Origin: Fidelibacterota bacterium MT.SAG.2
GTDB taxonomy: Bacteria; Fidelibacterota; SORT01
DNA: 64,000 bases
Direction of reading: 5' to 3'
Assembly (NCBI GenBank): GCA_004402915.1
Contig: SORU01000002.1
Location: 28,842 to 92,841 of the forward strand
The translations under genes and the position numbers were made by a program. Below are positions 18,874-27,402 of the stretch, piece after piece. The notes under the pieces are model-generated. The model was not told where the DNA came from, did not search any database, and saw only the letters and a program-made list of their open reading frames with translations. How positions within the stretch are numbered: position 1 is the stretch's first letter; each line of letters starts with the position of its first letter.

Positions 18874-19485
18874 ATGCGGATAAATCCTTTATTTATCACC
18901 ATAGCACTCATTAGTATTATAACTGTAACCTCCTGCTCCGGCTACGAAGAGAAAAAGCCGGTTGCAAAAAGTTCTCGGGCTGTATCAGAGGTAAATGAGG
19001 GAACAGTAAGAAGAACTTACGTTGACAAGCCACTCATTGGTGCAAAGGGTTATGTAGTCGGCGATTGGGAAAAGGGAGAAGCCAGGGTTGAAGTAATGAA
19101 CTTCCCGCCATCAGAAACAGGATATGAAGCATTCCTCTTTGAAATTGATGTGATGGCCTATATGTCAATGATGTTCGTTGATGGAAATCCGGAAAAAGGG
19201 ATTGTCCCTGAACCACCACCTTTTGGTGACGTTGGAGCTTTGATAAGCCAATGGCACAGTTTAGGAGATATTGAGATGAACGACAATGGGGGCGGTACGC
19301 TCGAATATCGGGAAGGTGATGACCTTGTAGCCAAAGGACTCAACATGATAATGATATTTGAAAAGGTAACAGATGGTAGGCACGAAGGTCCTGAGGATTT
19401 CAGTAAGCTCATGGTCGAATGCAATGGGCCAGTTGCCGGATTCCCGGGTGCGGATATAATGGCTAAGGCGATAAATGTGTTTTAA
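18874..19485 (+). CDS. Lipoprotein of unknown function, possible RskA-C-like fold
   Basis: AAGGAG RBS; lipobox VTSC; pattern V.VMNFPP..GYEAFL...SLGDI...IMIFE. Confidence 0.65.
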   Translation: MRINPLFITIALISIITVTSCSGYEEKKPVAKSSRAVSEVNEGTVRRTYVDKPLIGAKGYVVGDWEKGEARVEVMNFPPSETGYEAFLFEIDVMAYMSMMFVDGNPEKGIVPEPPPFGDVGALISQWHSLGDIEMNDNGGGTLEYREGDDLVAKGLNMIMIFEKVTDGRHEGPEDFSKLMVECNGPVAGFPGADIMAKAINVF

Positions 19486-19533
19486 GTCTAAAAAATAATT
19501 GAATTGCTTTTTTCCAATTATGCTAAATGCCAA

Positions 19534-19569
19534 CTCGTCCCGACGATGAAGATGATCTGATTGAAATAG
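19534..19569 (+). repeat. Orphan secretion-CTD 3' tail, copy 2
   Basis: Translates LVPTMKMI*LK*; same internal TGA as copy 1. Confidence 0.65.
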
Positions 19570-19676
19570 AGTATCAGATTCATAAGGAATAGAGTTCCCC
19601 CGAGAGGACTCTTCGGTGACCTTTGGAGGATCTCCCTCTTTCGTTCACTGAATGCTAATTTAGCTGATCATTTATC

Positions 19677-19705
19677 TTGCGGAGAATTTAACAAATTGGT
19701 ATCTT
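19677..19705 (+). promoter_or_regulatory. sigma70-like promoter in the CTD-tail module, copy 2
   Basis: TTGCGG-17 bp-TATCTT with extended TGn, 24 bp upstream of the start codon. Confidence 0.6.
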
Positions 19706-19729
19706 CCAGCTTTAACAATGGAGGTACCG

Positions 19730-19954
19730 ATGCCGGAAGAAAAAAATGTAGGTCAACTTGACAGTATAATAAGAATAATTTTAGGCTTCGGCTTTGTAGG
19801 GTTGATCGCTTATCATTTCATTGGTGATAGAATTCTCCCGATCTATGGGCTTATTCCTGTCCTGATCCTTATACCATATTTCCTTAAAACCGGATTTACT
19901 AAAGTATGCCCGATCATGAAAGCCATGAATGTTTCGACTATCAAAAGCAAATAG
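19730..19954 (+). CDS. DUF2892/YgaP-like small membrane protein
   Basis: KNVGQLDSIIRIILG...TGFTKVCP; GGAGG RBS. Confidence 0.75.
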   Translation: MPEEKNVGQLDSIIRIILGFGFVGLIAYHFIGDRILPIYGLIPVLILIPYFLKTGFTKVCPIMKAMNVSTIKSK

Positions 19955-20019
19955 AATCACTGAAGCAGGAAAGTTAAATCTATAGATCTCAGTCATATCA
20001 AAAGAATGAGGTTATTGAG

Positions 20020-20325
20020 TTGAAATATAAAGTCCAAGCGAGAGTTATCCAGAGCAAATCTAAAGAGTTTTATCAGCTGCTCAAGGGCGGGAGTTTAGAA
20101 GAGCAAGCGCCCGACGGACCGGAAATTCTTGCCTCGATGGATAGAGCGACGGTGGACTCTTCAGGTTTAGTCAGGTGGACAGAAACGTGTTATTGTCCGA
20201 CTCCATTGAGACATGAACGGGCAACGGTTTACGATAAATATTTCTCTGATATGCAAACCGAGGAGACAACGGATCATGAAAGGTTTGAGGGAGAATCATT
20301 CTTAAAGCATATTTCTAAGAATTAA
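20020..20325 (+). CDS. Hypothetical protein with CYCPTPL motif
   Basis: TTG start with GAGG RBS; QAPDGPEI..SM..A...W.ETCYCPTPLRHER..VYD.YF. Confidence 0.65.
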   Translation: MKYKVQARVIQSKSKEFYQLLKGGSLEEQAPDGPEILASMDRATVDSSGLVRWTETCYCPTPLRHERATVYDKYFSDMQTEETTDHERFEGESFLKHISKN

Positions 20326-20355
20326 TGCTTTTGATTATCGCAAGCTACAAGTCCG

Positions 20356-20415
20356 TTCGCCCGACTGTCTGGCAGCGGTTTCATCCGGACAATGAAGATG
20401 TCTCTTTTGAACTGA
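20356..20415 (+). repeat. Orphan secretion-CTD 3' tail, copy 3
   Basis: Translates FARLSGSGFIRTMKMSLLN*. Confidence 0.6.
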
Positions 20416-20425
20416 ATACCGCTGA

Positions 20426-21409
20426 ATGAAAGCAATTGTCTATTACAGCTATGGCTCACCGGATGTTCTCGAATTCAAAGAAGTAGAAAAACCTGTTCCA
20501 AATGAGAATGAAGTCCTGATAAAAGTCCGGGCGGCGTCCGTAAATCCACTCGAGTGGCATTTCATGAGAGGCAAACCGCTCTTTATGCGACTAATGGGTA
20601 TAGGTCTTCTAAAACCGAAAAACAATATTCTCGGAGTTGACATAGCGGGCCGGGTAGAGGCGGTTGGCAGAAACGTAAAACGGTTTCAGCCGGGTGATGA
20701 GGTCTTCGGAGGAAGTAATTCCGGGGGAGGATATGCTGATTATGCCTGTGTCGATGAAGATCGATTAGCGCCGAAACCGGAGGGTACGACGTTCGAGGAA
20801 GCAGCGGCTATTCCTATAGCGGCAATCACCGCCTTGCAAGGTCTTCGAGATAAAGGAGAGATTCAGTCAGGACAAAAAGTATTGATAAATGGAGCGGGTG
20901 GAGGTGTTGGTACATTCGCGGTGCAGATAGCCAAATCGTTCGGGGCTGAAGTGACAGGAGTGTGCAGCACAGAGAAATTGGAGATGGTCAGTTCGCTCGG
21001 GGCAGACCGGGTAATTGATTATACTCAGGAAGATTTCACTGAAAATAGTGAGCGATATGATCTGATCTTTGATGCTGCGGCATATCGTTTGATTTCAGAC
21101 TATAAGCGCGCATTAAGTCCGAATGGAATTTATGTCATGATCGGTGGCTCGATGTCTCTCATGTTCCGAATTATGTTTTCAGGACCATGGCTTTCAATGA
21201 CCGGGAGTAAGAAATTCTTTGTCTTGATGGCGAAAATAACCGACAAGGATCTGGTATTCTTGAAAGAGCTTTTTGAAGCAGGGAAAGTAAAATCTATTAT
21301 AGACAGACGTTACCCGCTCAGTGAGGTTGCTGAAGCTATCCGGTATCTTGAAGAAGGACACGCCCGGGGAAAAGCTGTTATAACTTTGGAGCATGACAGC
21401 AAAACCTAA
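20426..21409 (+). CDS. NAD(P)-dependent MDR-family oxidoreductase (quinone oxidoreductase-like)
   Basis: YGSPDVL, ASVNP, VLINGAGGGVGTFAVQIAK, GHARGK. Confidence 0.9.
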   Translation: MKAIVYYSYGSPDVLEFKEVEKPVPNENEVLIKVRAASVNPLEWHFMRGKPLFMRLMGIGLLKPKNNILGVDIAGRVEAVGRNVKRFQPGDEVFGGSNSGGGYADYACVDEDRLAPKPEGTTFEEAAAIPIAAITALQGLRDKGEIQSGQKVLINGAGGGVGTFAVQIAKSFGAEVTGVCSTEKLEMVSSLGADRVIDYTQEDFTENSERYDLIFDAAAYRLISDYKRALSPNGIYVMIGGSMSLMFRIMFSGPWLSMTGSKKFFVLMAKITDKDLVFLKELFEAGKVKSIIDRRYPLSEVAEAIRYLEEGHARGKAVITLEHDSKT

Positions 21410-21506
21410 TATAGCGTTTCAGTTGATGGTGGTTCTGACCTTACAAGGAAGATAGCGTTTTTAAGTAATCTGCGTAGAAATTAAATAATCAGGAAAGGAG
21501 GAAGAA

Positions 21507-21728
21507 ATGCTCACTCTATTCGGCTCTGTTGCCGTCGCTGTCATGTTCTTGTCTTACTGGTTCGAGCCGAGGTCTAAATGGTTCGTTCTGATCTTCGCCG
21601 GTGCCTGTGCTTCTACTTCAGCCTACAGCGCCCTTGCGGGGGTCTACCCAATAACCGTTATTGAGGCGCTCTGGTCGATCGTGGCGTATCAGCGGTTCTC
21701 TCAGAGGAGTCGGCATGAGGCATCATAA
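21507..21728 (+). CDS. Small membrane protein
   Basis: AGGAGG RBS; three hydrophobic segments ending IEALWSIVAYQRF. Confidence 0.65.
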   Translation: MLTLFGSVAVAVMFLSYWFEPRSKWFVLIFAGACASTSAYSALAGVYPITVIEALWSIVAYQRFSQRSRHEAS

Positions 21729-21819
21729 CAATTCTTCTGGTGGATGGACTTGGAACGGGTTCTTTGCAACAGCTTGATCAAAGTAGGTTCATCGTAAAAC
21801 CAAATCAGTGAGTGGCTGG

Positions 21820-21897
21820 ATGGAATTCAGCATCGCTGAAAAGGAAGGTTACTCGGAAGTGGCTCAATTGCAGAAGAAAGCAGGTGCGAAGGTCTAA
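21820..21897 (+). pseudogene. C-terminal relic of an ankyrin-repeat protein
   Basis: IAEKEGYSEVAQLQKKAGAKV* resembles a terminal ankyrin helix (A..G..EV..LL..AGA). Confidence 0.5.
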
Positions 21898-21903
21898 CAA
21901 TAA

Positions 21904-21972
21904 GGCATCTACTTCTACCGTCTCCAAGCCGGCGATTTCGTCCAGACGAGGAAGATGGTTTTGTTGAAGTAG
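21904..21972 (+). repeat. Orphan secretion-CTD 3' tail, copy 4 (intact reading)
   Basis: GIYFYRLQAGDFVQTRKMVLLK* directly after an in-frame TAA; matches the CTD end of 58801-61380 (GIYFYRLSAADFTETKKMILLK*). Confidence 0.85.
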
Positions 21973-21997
21973 AACTGTCCCATAAACCCAGGTTATG

Positions 21998-22127
21998 ACA
22001 CACCCCGTCAGACCGATGTCGGGCTGGTTGATAGCGGGGAATTTTTCAGTCTCTCCTCGCGAAGGGAAAGGTTTATTGAAACCACCCCTCCGCTCAGAGC
22101 GGTTTTCCCTCCTTTGAAAGGAGGGGA
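21998..22127. repeat. REP-like palindrome cluster
   Basis: ACCACCCCTCCGCTCAGAGCGGTTTTCCCTCCTTTGAAAGGAGGGGA is similar to 58162-58209. Confidence 0.75.
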
Positions 22128-22224
22128 GATATCAGCATTTCGACTCCGATTTTGAGTAAAACGGATTCGCAATCCGGAATGCATAGAAAAATGTAAATTT
22201 ATTTTATTTTCGGCACTTTTTTTC

Positions 22225-22253
22225 TTGACAGATAAATCTTTCTTTTATAACTT
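22225..22253 (+). promoter_or_regulatory. sigma70 promoter of tRNA-Thr-tuf
   Basis: TTGACA-17 bp-TAACTT with an AT-rich UP element. Confidence 0.7.
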
Positions 22254-22325
22254 TATGAGCTGTCTTGCTTGCGTAAATTTTACGCATATTTTGAGGCGGC
22301 TGAGAGAAGAAAAAATGGGCAGAGT

Positions 22326-22398
<73 letters not shown>

Positions 22399-22468
22399 CT
22401 GAAAAAGTAAGATGTCCCGTTATTGGGAGGGACAATAAAAGAACTGAAATAGAACCAGGAGGAGATCG

Positions 22469-23659
22469 ATGGCTAAGGAAAAGTTTGAGAGGACAAAGCC
22501 ACACGTAAATGTCGGTACTATCGGTCACGTTGACCATGGAAAGACGACGTTGACCTCGGCGATCACAATGTATTTGAGTAAGAAAGGACTGGCTGACGCC
22601 CGTACCTTCGATTCTATTGATAACGCTCCTGAAGAGCGTGAAAGAGGGATCACCATAGCCACGGCGCACGTCGAGTATGAAACGGAAGCTCGTCATTACG
22701 CTCATGTTGACTGTCCCGGTCATGCCGACTATATAAAGAACATGATAACGGGTGCCGCTCAGATGGACGGCGCTATCCTTGTGGTCTCCGCAGCTGACGG
22801 TCCGATGCCTCAGACTCGCGAGCATGTGCTTCTTGCCCGCCAGGTCAACGTTCCTTCTATTGTAGTGTATCTGAACAAGATCGATATGGTCGACGATCCC
22901 GAACTGATAGAGTTGGTGGAACTCGAGTTAAGAGAGCTTCTCTCCAAGTATGAGTTCCCGGGCGATGAAATACCTATCATTAAAGGGAGCGCACTCGAGG
23001 CGCTCAACAATCCCGATGACGCCGAGAAGACGAAGAGCTTACAGGAGTTGTTGGATGCGATTGATAATTACATTCCGATCCCTGAGCGTGAGATCGACAA
23101 ACCCTTTTTAATGCCTGTCGAGGATGTATTCTCCATAACGGGTAGAGGAACTGTAGGCACAGGCAGGATAGAGCGTGGAGTTGTTACGGTAGGCGAAGAG
23201 ATGGAGATGGTCGGTCTTAACGCCGAAGGAAAGACTACTATCACGGGCGTAGAGATGTTCCGTAAGCTTCTCGACAGAGGCGAGGCAGGCGATAACGTCG
23301 GTCTCCTGATGCGTGGAGTCGACAAGGATTATCTGAAACGCGGAATGGTCATAGCCAAACCCGGCAGCATTACTCCTCATACGAAGTTCAAGGCTGAGGT
23401 ATATATCTTGTCGAAAGACGAGGGCGGCCGTCACACACCTTTCTTCAAGGGCTACAGACCGCAGTTTTATTTTAGGACAACCGATGTGACCGGTTTGGTC
23501 GAGCTTCCCGAAGGCACGGAGATGGTAATGCCGGGTGACAGTCTGAGTCTTGAGATCGAGTTAATAATGCCTATAGCGATGGATAAGGAGTTGCGTTTCG
23601 CCATCCGTGAAGGTGGACATACGGTCGGAGCGGGTGTCGTAACGGAGGTGATAAAGTAG
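22469..23659 (+). CDS. tuf: Elongation factor Tu, copy 1
   Basis: [32 protein letters not shown]. Confidence 0.99.
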   Translation: MAKEKFERTKPHVNVGTIGHVDHGKTTLTSAITMYLSKKGLADARTFDSIDNAPEERERGITIATAHVEYETEARHYAHVDCPGHADYIKNMITGAAQMDGAILVVSAADGPMPQTREHVLLARQVNVPSIVVYLNKIDMVDDPELIELVELELRELLSKYEFPGDEIPIIKGSALEALNNPDDAEKTKSLQELLDAIDNYIPIPEREIDKPFLMPVEDVFSITGRGTVGTGRIERGVVTVGEEMEMVGLNAEGKTTITGVEMFRKLLDRGEAGDNVGLLMRGVDKDYLKRGMVIAKPGSITPHTKFKAEVYILSKDEGGRHTPFFKGYRPQFYFRTTDVTGLVELPEGTEMVMPGDSLSLEIELIMPIAMDKELRFAIREGGHTVGAGVVTEVIK

Positions 23660-23721
23660 TTGATGTATTCTAATAATTATACAGATGTGCGATCGGGTTT
23701 TACCACAAACTACATCCATGA

Positions 23722-23845
23722 TCCTCTCCCCTTGAGGGGAGTGCCTCGTAGAGGCGAGGGGTGTAACCTTTTAGAGGCGATAATACTGGAAAGAACATCA
23801 GAATCACACCCTCCGTCACTTCGTGACACCTCCCTCAAGGGAGGA
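23722..23845. repeat. ~125-bp MITE-like inverted-repeat element
   Basis: Arms nearly identical to 10617-10740. Confidence 0.85.
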
Positions 23846-23853
23846 GTTAAATA

Positions 23854-24003
23854 ATGAGAGAAAAGATTACTCTTGAGTGCGTTGAATGCCATCAGAGGAA
23901 TTACGATACGACTAAAAATAAACATTTGCATCCGGACAGGGTCGAGCATAAAAAGTACTGCCGCTTTTGTCAGAAGCACACTACACATAAAGAGACTAAA
24001 TAG
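23854..24003 (+). CDS. rpmG: 50S ribosomal protein L33 (Zn-binding C+ form)
   Basis: Manual translation [49 protein letters not shown]. Confidence 0.95.
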   Translation: MREKITLECVECHQRNYDTTKNKHLHPDRVEHKKYCRFCQKHTTHKETK

Positions 24004-24018
24004 AGAATTTTAATATAA

Positions 24019-24092
24019 AGGCCTGTAGCTCCAATTGGTAGAGCGCCGGTCTCCAAAACCGGATGTTGGGGGTTCGAATCCCTCCAGGCCTG
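24019..24092 (+). tRNA. tRNA-Trp(CCA)
   Basis: AGGCCTG/CAGGCCT stem, CCGGT-CTCCAAA-ACCGG. Confidence 0.96.
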
Positions 24093-24119
24093 CAGAGCAG
24101 GCACGGAAATAAAAGGAAT

Positions 24120-24305
24120 ATGATAACAAAAATAAGATTGTTTTTCGAGAGCGTCGTCTTCGAGTTGAAGAAGGTCTCATGGCCCAGCTGGGCGGAGCTC
24201 AAAGGTTCAACCATAGTAGTACTTGTCTTCTCTCTGATATTGGCAATATTCCTATTCGGGATCGACCGGACGCTCGGCGGTGTTGTAGGATTTTTACTTC
24301 AGTAA
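24120..24305 (+). CDS. secE: Preprotein translocase SecE
   Basis: ELKKVSWPS motif plus TM; between tRNA-Trp and nusG. Confidence 0.93.
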   Translation: MITKIRLFFESVVFELKKVSWPSWAELKGSTIVVLVFSLILAIFLFGIDRTLGGVVGFLLQ

Positions 24306-24310
24306 GGATT

Positions 24311-25207
24311 ATGAAAAATAAAAAAGAAAATATGCCTAAAAGCGAACCGCTTGATAAAACGATAGATGGTTCCACTATGGCAGAGGATGTTGAAGCGGTC
24401 GATAGCGTCGCTCAACCCTCAAAAGAAATCGTTGCAGCGGAAGAGAGCGAAAGCGAGAATGGGGATAGCTCCGTGACGGAAGAAGCTGAGGAAGCGTCTG
24501 ATGCTGATACTACTAAGGGTGCTGCTGAAGAAGACGGGGACGAGAAACCCGAAATTGAGGTCACCGGGTCTGAACCTGCTGTAGAAGATGTCAAGGTTGC
24601 CGAGGAGACGGAAGAAGAGTCGGACGAGGCTGTAGATCCGGATGATCCGGATGGCGAGCATAAAATTGATATCGGCAGAGCGAAATGGTATGCCATTCGG
24701 ACATTCAGCGGTCAGGAGAAGAAGATAAAGGATTCGTTGCAGGCGAATATTGACCGCGAAAAGATGGATGACAGTATCTTTGAGATATTGGTGCCTACGG
24801 AGAACGTTGTCGAGATGCGCGACGGAAAGAAGCGCTCGAGGGTTAAGGTCTTTTTCCCCGGTTATGTTCTCATCCAGATGGATCTGAATAAAGCGACACG
24901 CTTCCTTATAGAAGAGACTTACGGCGTTTTGAATTTTATCGGACCGGGTAACAATCCTCAGGAGCTCAAAAAGAAGGAACTGAGGCGGATATTAGGCGAT
25001 ACGGAAGAGCGTAAAAAGAGGAATATCATGGCTGCTCCGTATGAGGTCGGTGATTCGATCAAGGTCGTTGACGGTCCCTTCAATGATTTCTCCGGTTACG
25101 TGCAGGAGATAAACGAAGAGAAACAGAAGGTCAAGGTGATGGTGTCCATATTCGGCAGGGCGACGCCGGTGGAGCTTGATTTTCTTCAAGTAGCATTAGA
25201 GAAGTAG
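24311..25207 (+). CDS. nusG: NusG with ~120-aa acidic N-terminal extension
   Basis: KWYAIRTFSGQE, FPGYVLIQM, DGPFNDFSG, IFGRATPVEL; start chosen after AAGGA RBS. Confidence 0.93.
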   Translation: MKNKKENMPKSEPLDKTIDGSTMAEDVEAVDSVAQPSKEIVAAEESESENGDSSVTEEAEEASDADTTKGAAEEDGDEKPEIEVTGSEPAVEDVKVAEETEEESDEAVDPDDPDGEHKIDIGRAKWYAIRTFSGQEKKIKDSLQANIDREKMDDSIFEILVPTENVVEMRDGKKRSRVKVFFPGYVLIQMDLNKATRFLIEETYGVLNFIGPGNNPQELKKKELRRILGDTEERKKRNIMAAPYEVGDSIKVVDGPFNDFSGYVQEINEEKQKVKVMVSIFGRATPVELDFLQVALEK

Positions 25208-25213
25208 AGGATT

Positions 25214-25642
25214 ATGGCAAAAAAAGTAGAAGCAGTTATCACATTACATATTAAGGCAGGGGAAGCTTCTCCTGCGCCGCCCGTCGGACCGGCGCTCGGT
25301 CAGCACGGCTTGAACATTATGGAATTTTGCAAGGCGTATAATTCCCGAACGGATAAGATGCGTGGATATATCATCCCTGCTAAACTTACCGTCTATTCGG
25401 ATCATACGTTTTCATTTATTACAAAGACTCCTTTAGCCTCCGATCTGCTTTTGAAAGCGGCGAAGATAGAGAAAGGTTCCGGGGAGCCGAATAAGGAAAA
25501 GGTTGCGGATATCAGCAAAGCAGAAGTTAAAAAGATAGCGGAAATGAAGATGGTCGATCTGAATGCGGGCGATATCGAAGCGGCGATGAAGATAATTGCC
25601 GGCACGGCACGCAGCATGGGGATATTAGTAGAGGGGGAATAA
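25214..25642 (+). CDS. rplK: 50S ribosomal protein L11
   Basis: [20 protein letters not shown]. Confidence 0.98.
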   Translation: MAKKVEAVITLHIKAGEASPAPPVGPALGQHGLNIMEFCKAYNSRTDKMRGYIIPAKLTVYSDHTFSFITKTPLASDLLLKAAKIEKGSGEPNKEKVADISKAEVKKIAEMKMVDLNAGDIEAAMKIIAGTARSMGILVEGE

Positions 25643-25643
25643 A

Positions 25644-26339
25644 ATGAAGCATTCAAAAAGATATAATGAAAGTTCTAAGAAGGTGGATCGATTGACAGAG
25701 TATTCCCTGAACGACGCAGTGGCATTATTAAAGGATATGCCGGCTACGAAATTTGATCAGACGGTCGAAGTAGCAATTAATCTCGGAATAGATCCCAAGC
25801 ATGCAGACCAGCAGATAAGAGGGACGGTCTCTCTTCCTCATGGGATCGGGAAAACGGTAAAAGTTCTCGCCATCACTAAGGGCGAGAAGCAGAAGGAAGC
25901 AAAAGACGCGGGCGCAGATGTGGTAGGGTTTGAAGATATATTGGAGAAGATAGAGGGCGGATGGTCGGATATAGACGTCATAGTCGCGACACCCGACGTT
26001 ATGGGTCAGCTCGGAAAGCACGGAAGGATTCTTGGTCCGAAGGGATTGATGCCGAATCCTAAGAGCGGCACGGTAACAAACGACATAGGCAAAGCAGTGA
26101 AAGAATTGAAAGCGGGTAGGTTGGAGATCAGGACGGATAAGTTCGGAGCCGTTCACTCCGCGGTAGGGAAGCTTTCGTTTGACAACGACAAGATAGCAGA
26201 GAACATCAAAAGTCTCGTAAGTACTCTGATGCGGATGAAACCTGCGGTTGCAAAGGGTGTTTACTTTAAGAATATGACGATCTCGTCATCGATGGGTCCC
26301 GGTATAAAGGTTGAAAAGACCTCTGCGGGCGCAAAATAA
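25644..26339 (+). CDS. rplA: 50S ribosomal protein L1
   Basis: RGTVSLPHG, LGPKGLMPNPKSGTV, SSSMGPG. Confidence 0.98.
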   Translation: MKHSKRYNESSKKVDRLTEYSLNDAVALLKDMPATKFDQTVEVAINLGIDPKHADQQIRGTVSLPHGIGKTVKVLAITKGEKQKEAKDAGADVVGFEDILEKIEGGWSDIDVIVATPDVMGQLGKHGRILGPKGLMPNPKSGTVTNDIGKAVKELKAGRLEIRTDKFGAVHSAVGKLSFDNDKIAENIKSLVSTLMRMKPAVAKGVYFKNMTISSSMGPGIKVEKTSAGAK

Positions 26340-26372
26340 GATTTGAACATTTTTTTAATGGAGAACTGATAA

Positions 26373-26891
26373 ATGCCTAATGCTCAGAAGATAGAAGCCG
26401 TAAAGGAACTCGTTGAGAAGCTTTCCAAGGCAAAAGGGATCTATCTTGCCGATTTTACCGGATTGACGGTTCAGGAGGCGGTTGAATTCAGAAGGAAGCT
26501 CAAGGAGAACGGCATTGAGTACCGCGTTGCTAAGAACACTTTGATAAAGATCGCAGCGAAAGAAGCCAAAATTGAAGGACTTTCGGAATATCTTGTAGGT
26601 CCGACGGGGATCGCTTTGAGTTACGATGATCCCGCCAGTCCCGCGAAGCTATTCTACGATTTTGCAAAAGAAAATGATAAGATGAATGTGAAGGTGTGTT
26701 GGATGGAGGGCGAACTGTTCGGGGCGGAGAAGTTCGTGGAGATAGCCAAGCTGCCACCGAGAAATGAAATGTTAAGTCGTCTTATCGGCGATTTGCAGAG
26801 TCCGATGAGAACATTGGCAGCAACTCTCCAAGCGTCGATGTCCAAATTGGTAGGAACTTTGAATTCACTAAAAGACACTAAACAGGAATAG
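26373..26891 (+). CDS. rplJ: 50S ribosomal protein L10
   Basis: DFTGLTV, RVAKNTL, GPTGIA. Confidence 0.96.
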   Translation: MPNAQKIEAVKELVEKLSKAKGIYLADFTGLTVQEAVEFRRKLKENGIEYRVAKNTLIKIAAKEAKIEGLSEYLVGPTGIALSYDDPASPAKLFYDFAKENDKMNVKVCWMEGELFGAEKFVEIAKLPPRNEMLSRLIGDLQSPMRTLAATLQASMSKLVGTLNSLKDTKQE

Positions 26892-26960
26892 ATAAATTTT
26901 AATTATAAACATGATAAGCAACCAGCCCGACATAGGTCTGGCAGGGAGGATAGACTAAGA

Positions 26961-27341
26961 ATGGCAGCCATCAAAAAAGATGATGTAATCTCTTACCTCG
27001 AGAAAGCGAATATGCTTGAGATATCCGAGTTGATCGGAGATATAGAAGAGAAATTCGGAGTAACAGCAGCAGCGCCGGTCGCGGTAGCGGAGGCAGAAGG
27101 CGGAGATGCCGGCGTAGCAGCGGAAGAAAAGACAGAATTCGATGTTTTTCTCGCAGATATAGGCCCTCAGAAAATTCAGGTTATCAAGACGGTCAGAGCC
27201 ATGACGGATCTTGGATTGACAGAAGCGAAGGAAGTTGTTGACAAAGCACCCGGTAATGTGATTGAGGGGGTCTCAAAGGAAGACGCCGAGAAAGCAAAAG
27301 CAGCTTTAGAAGAGGTTGGCGCAACAGTAGAGCTGAAGTAA
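26961..27341 (+). CDS. rplL: 50S ribosomal protein L7/L12
   Basis: [26 protein letters not shown]. Confidence 0.98.
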   Translation: MAAIKKDDVISYLEKANMLEISELIGDIEEKFGVTAAAPVAVAEAEGGDAGVAAEEKTEFDVFLADIGPQKIQVIKTVRAMTDLGLTEAKEVVDKAPGNVIEGVSKEDAEKAKAALEEVGATVELK

Positions 27342-27402
27342 ATATCCGTTTCGCGCAAGAATATCTAAACTTTCAAGCGATTTATCGCAAGGAGGAATAC
27401 TC

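Noticed and set aside
17635-22325. Classical integrase-mediated island with attL/attR at tRNA-Gly
   Set aside because: No integrase and no duplicated tRNA 3' end seen by eye
23660-23854. ORFs directly after each tuf copy (also 39728-39946)
   Set aside because: They translate repeat elements (PLPLRGVP..., STPLDRG); not credible genes
24179-24310. Longer ORF-track starts for nusG (also secE, rplE, rpsM, rpsJ, rplF, rplX)
   Set aside because: They overlap upstream genes, a tRNA or a repeat and lack an RBS; downstream starts were chosen
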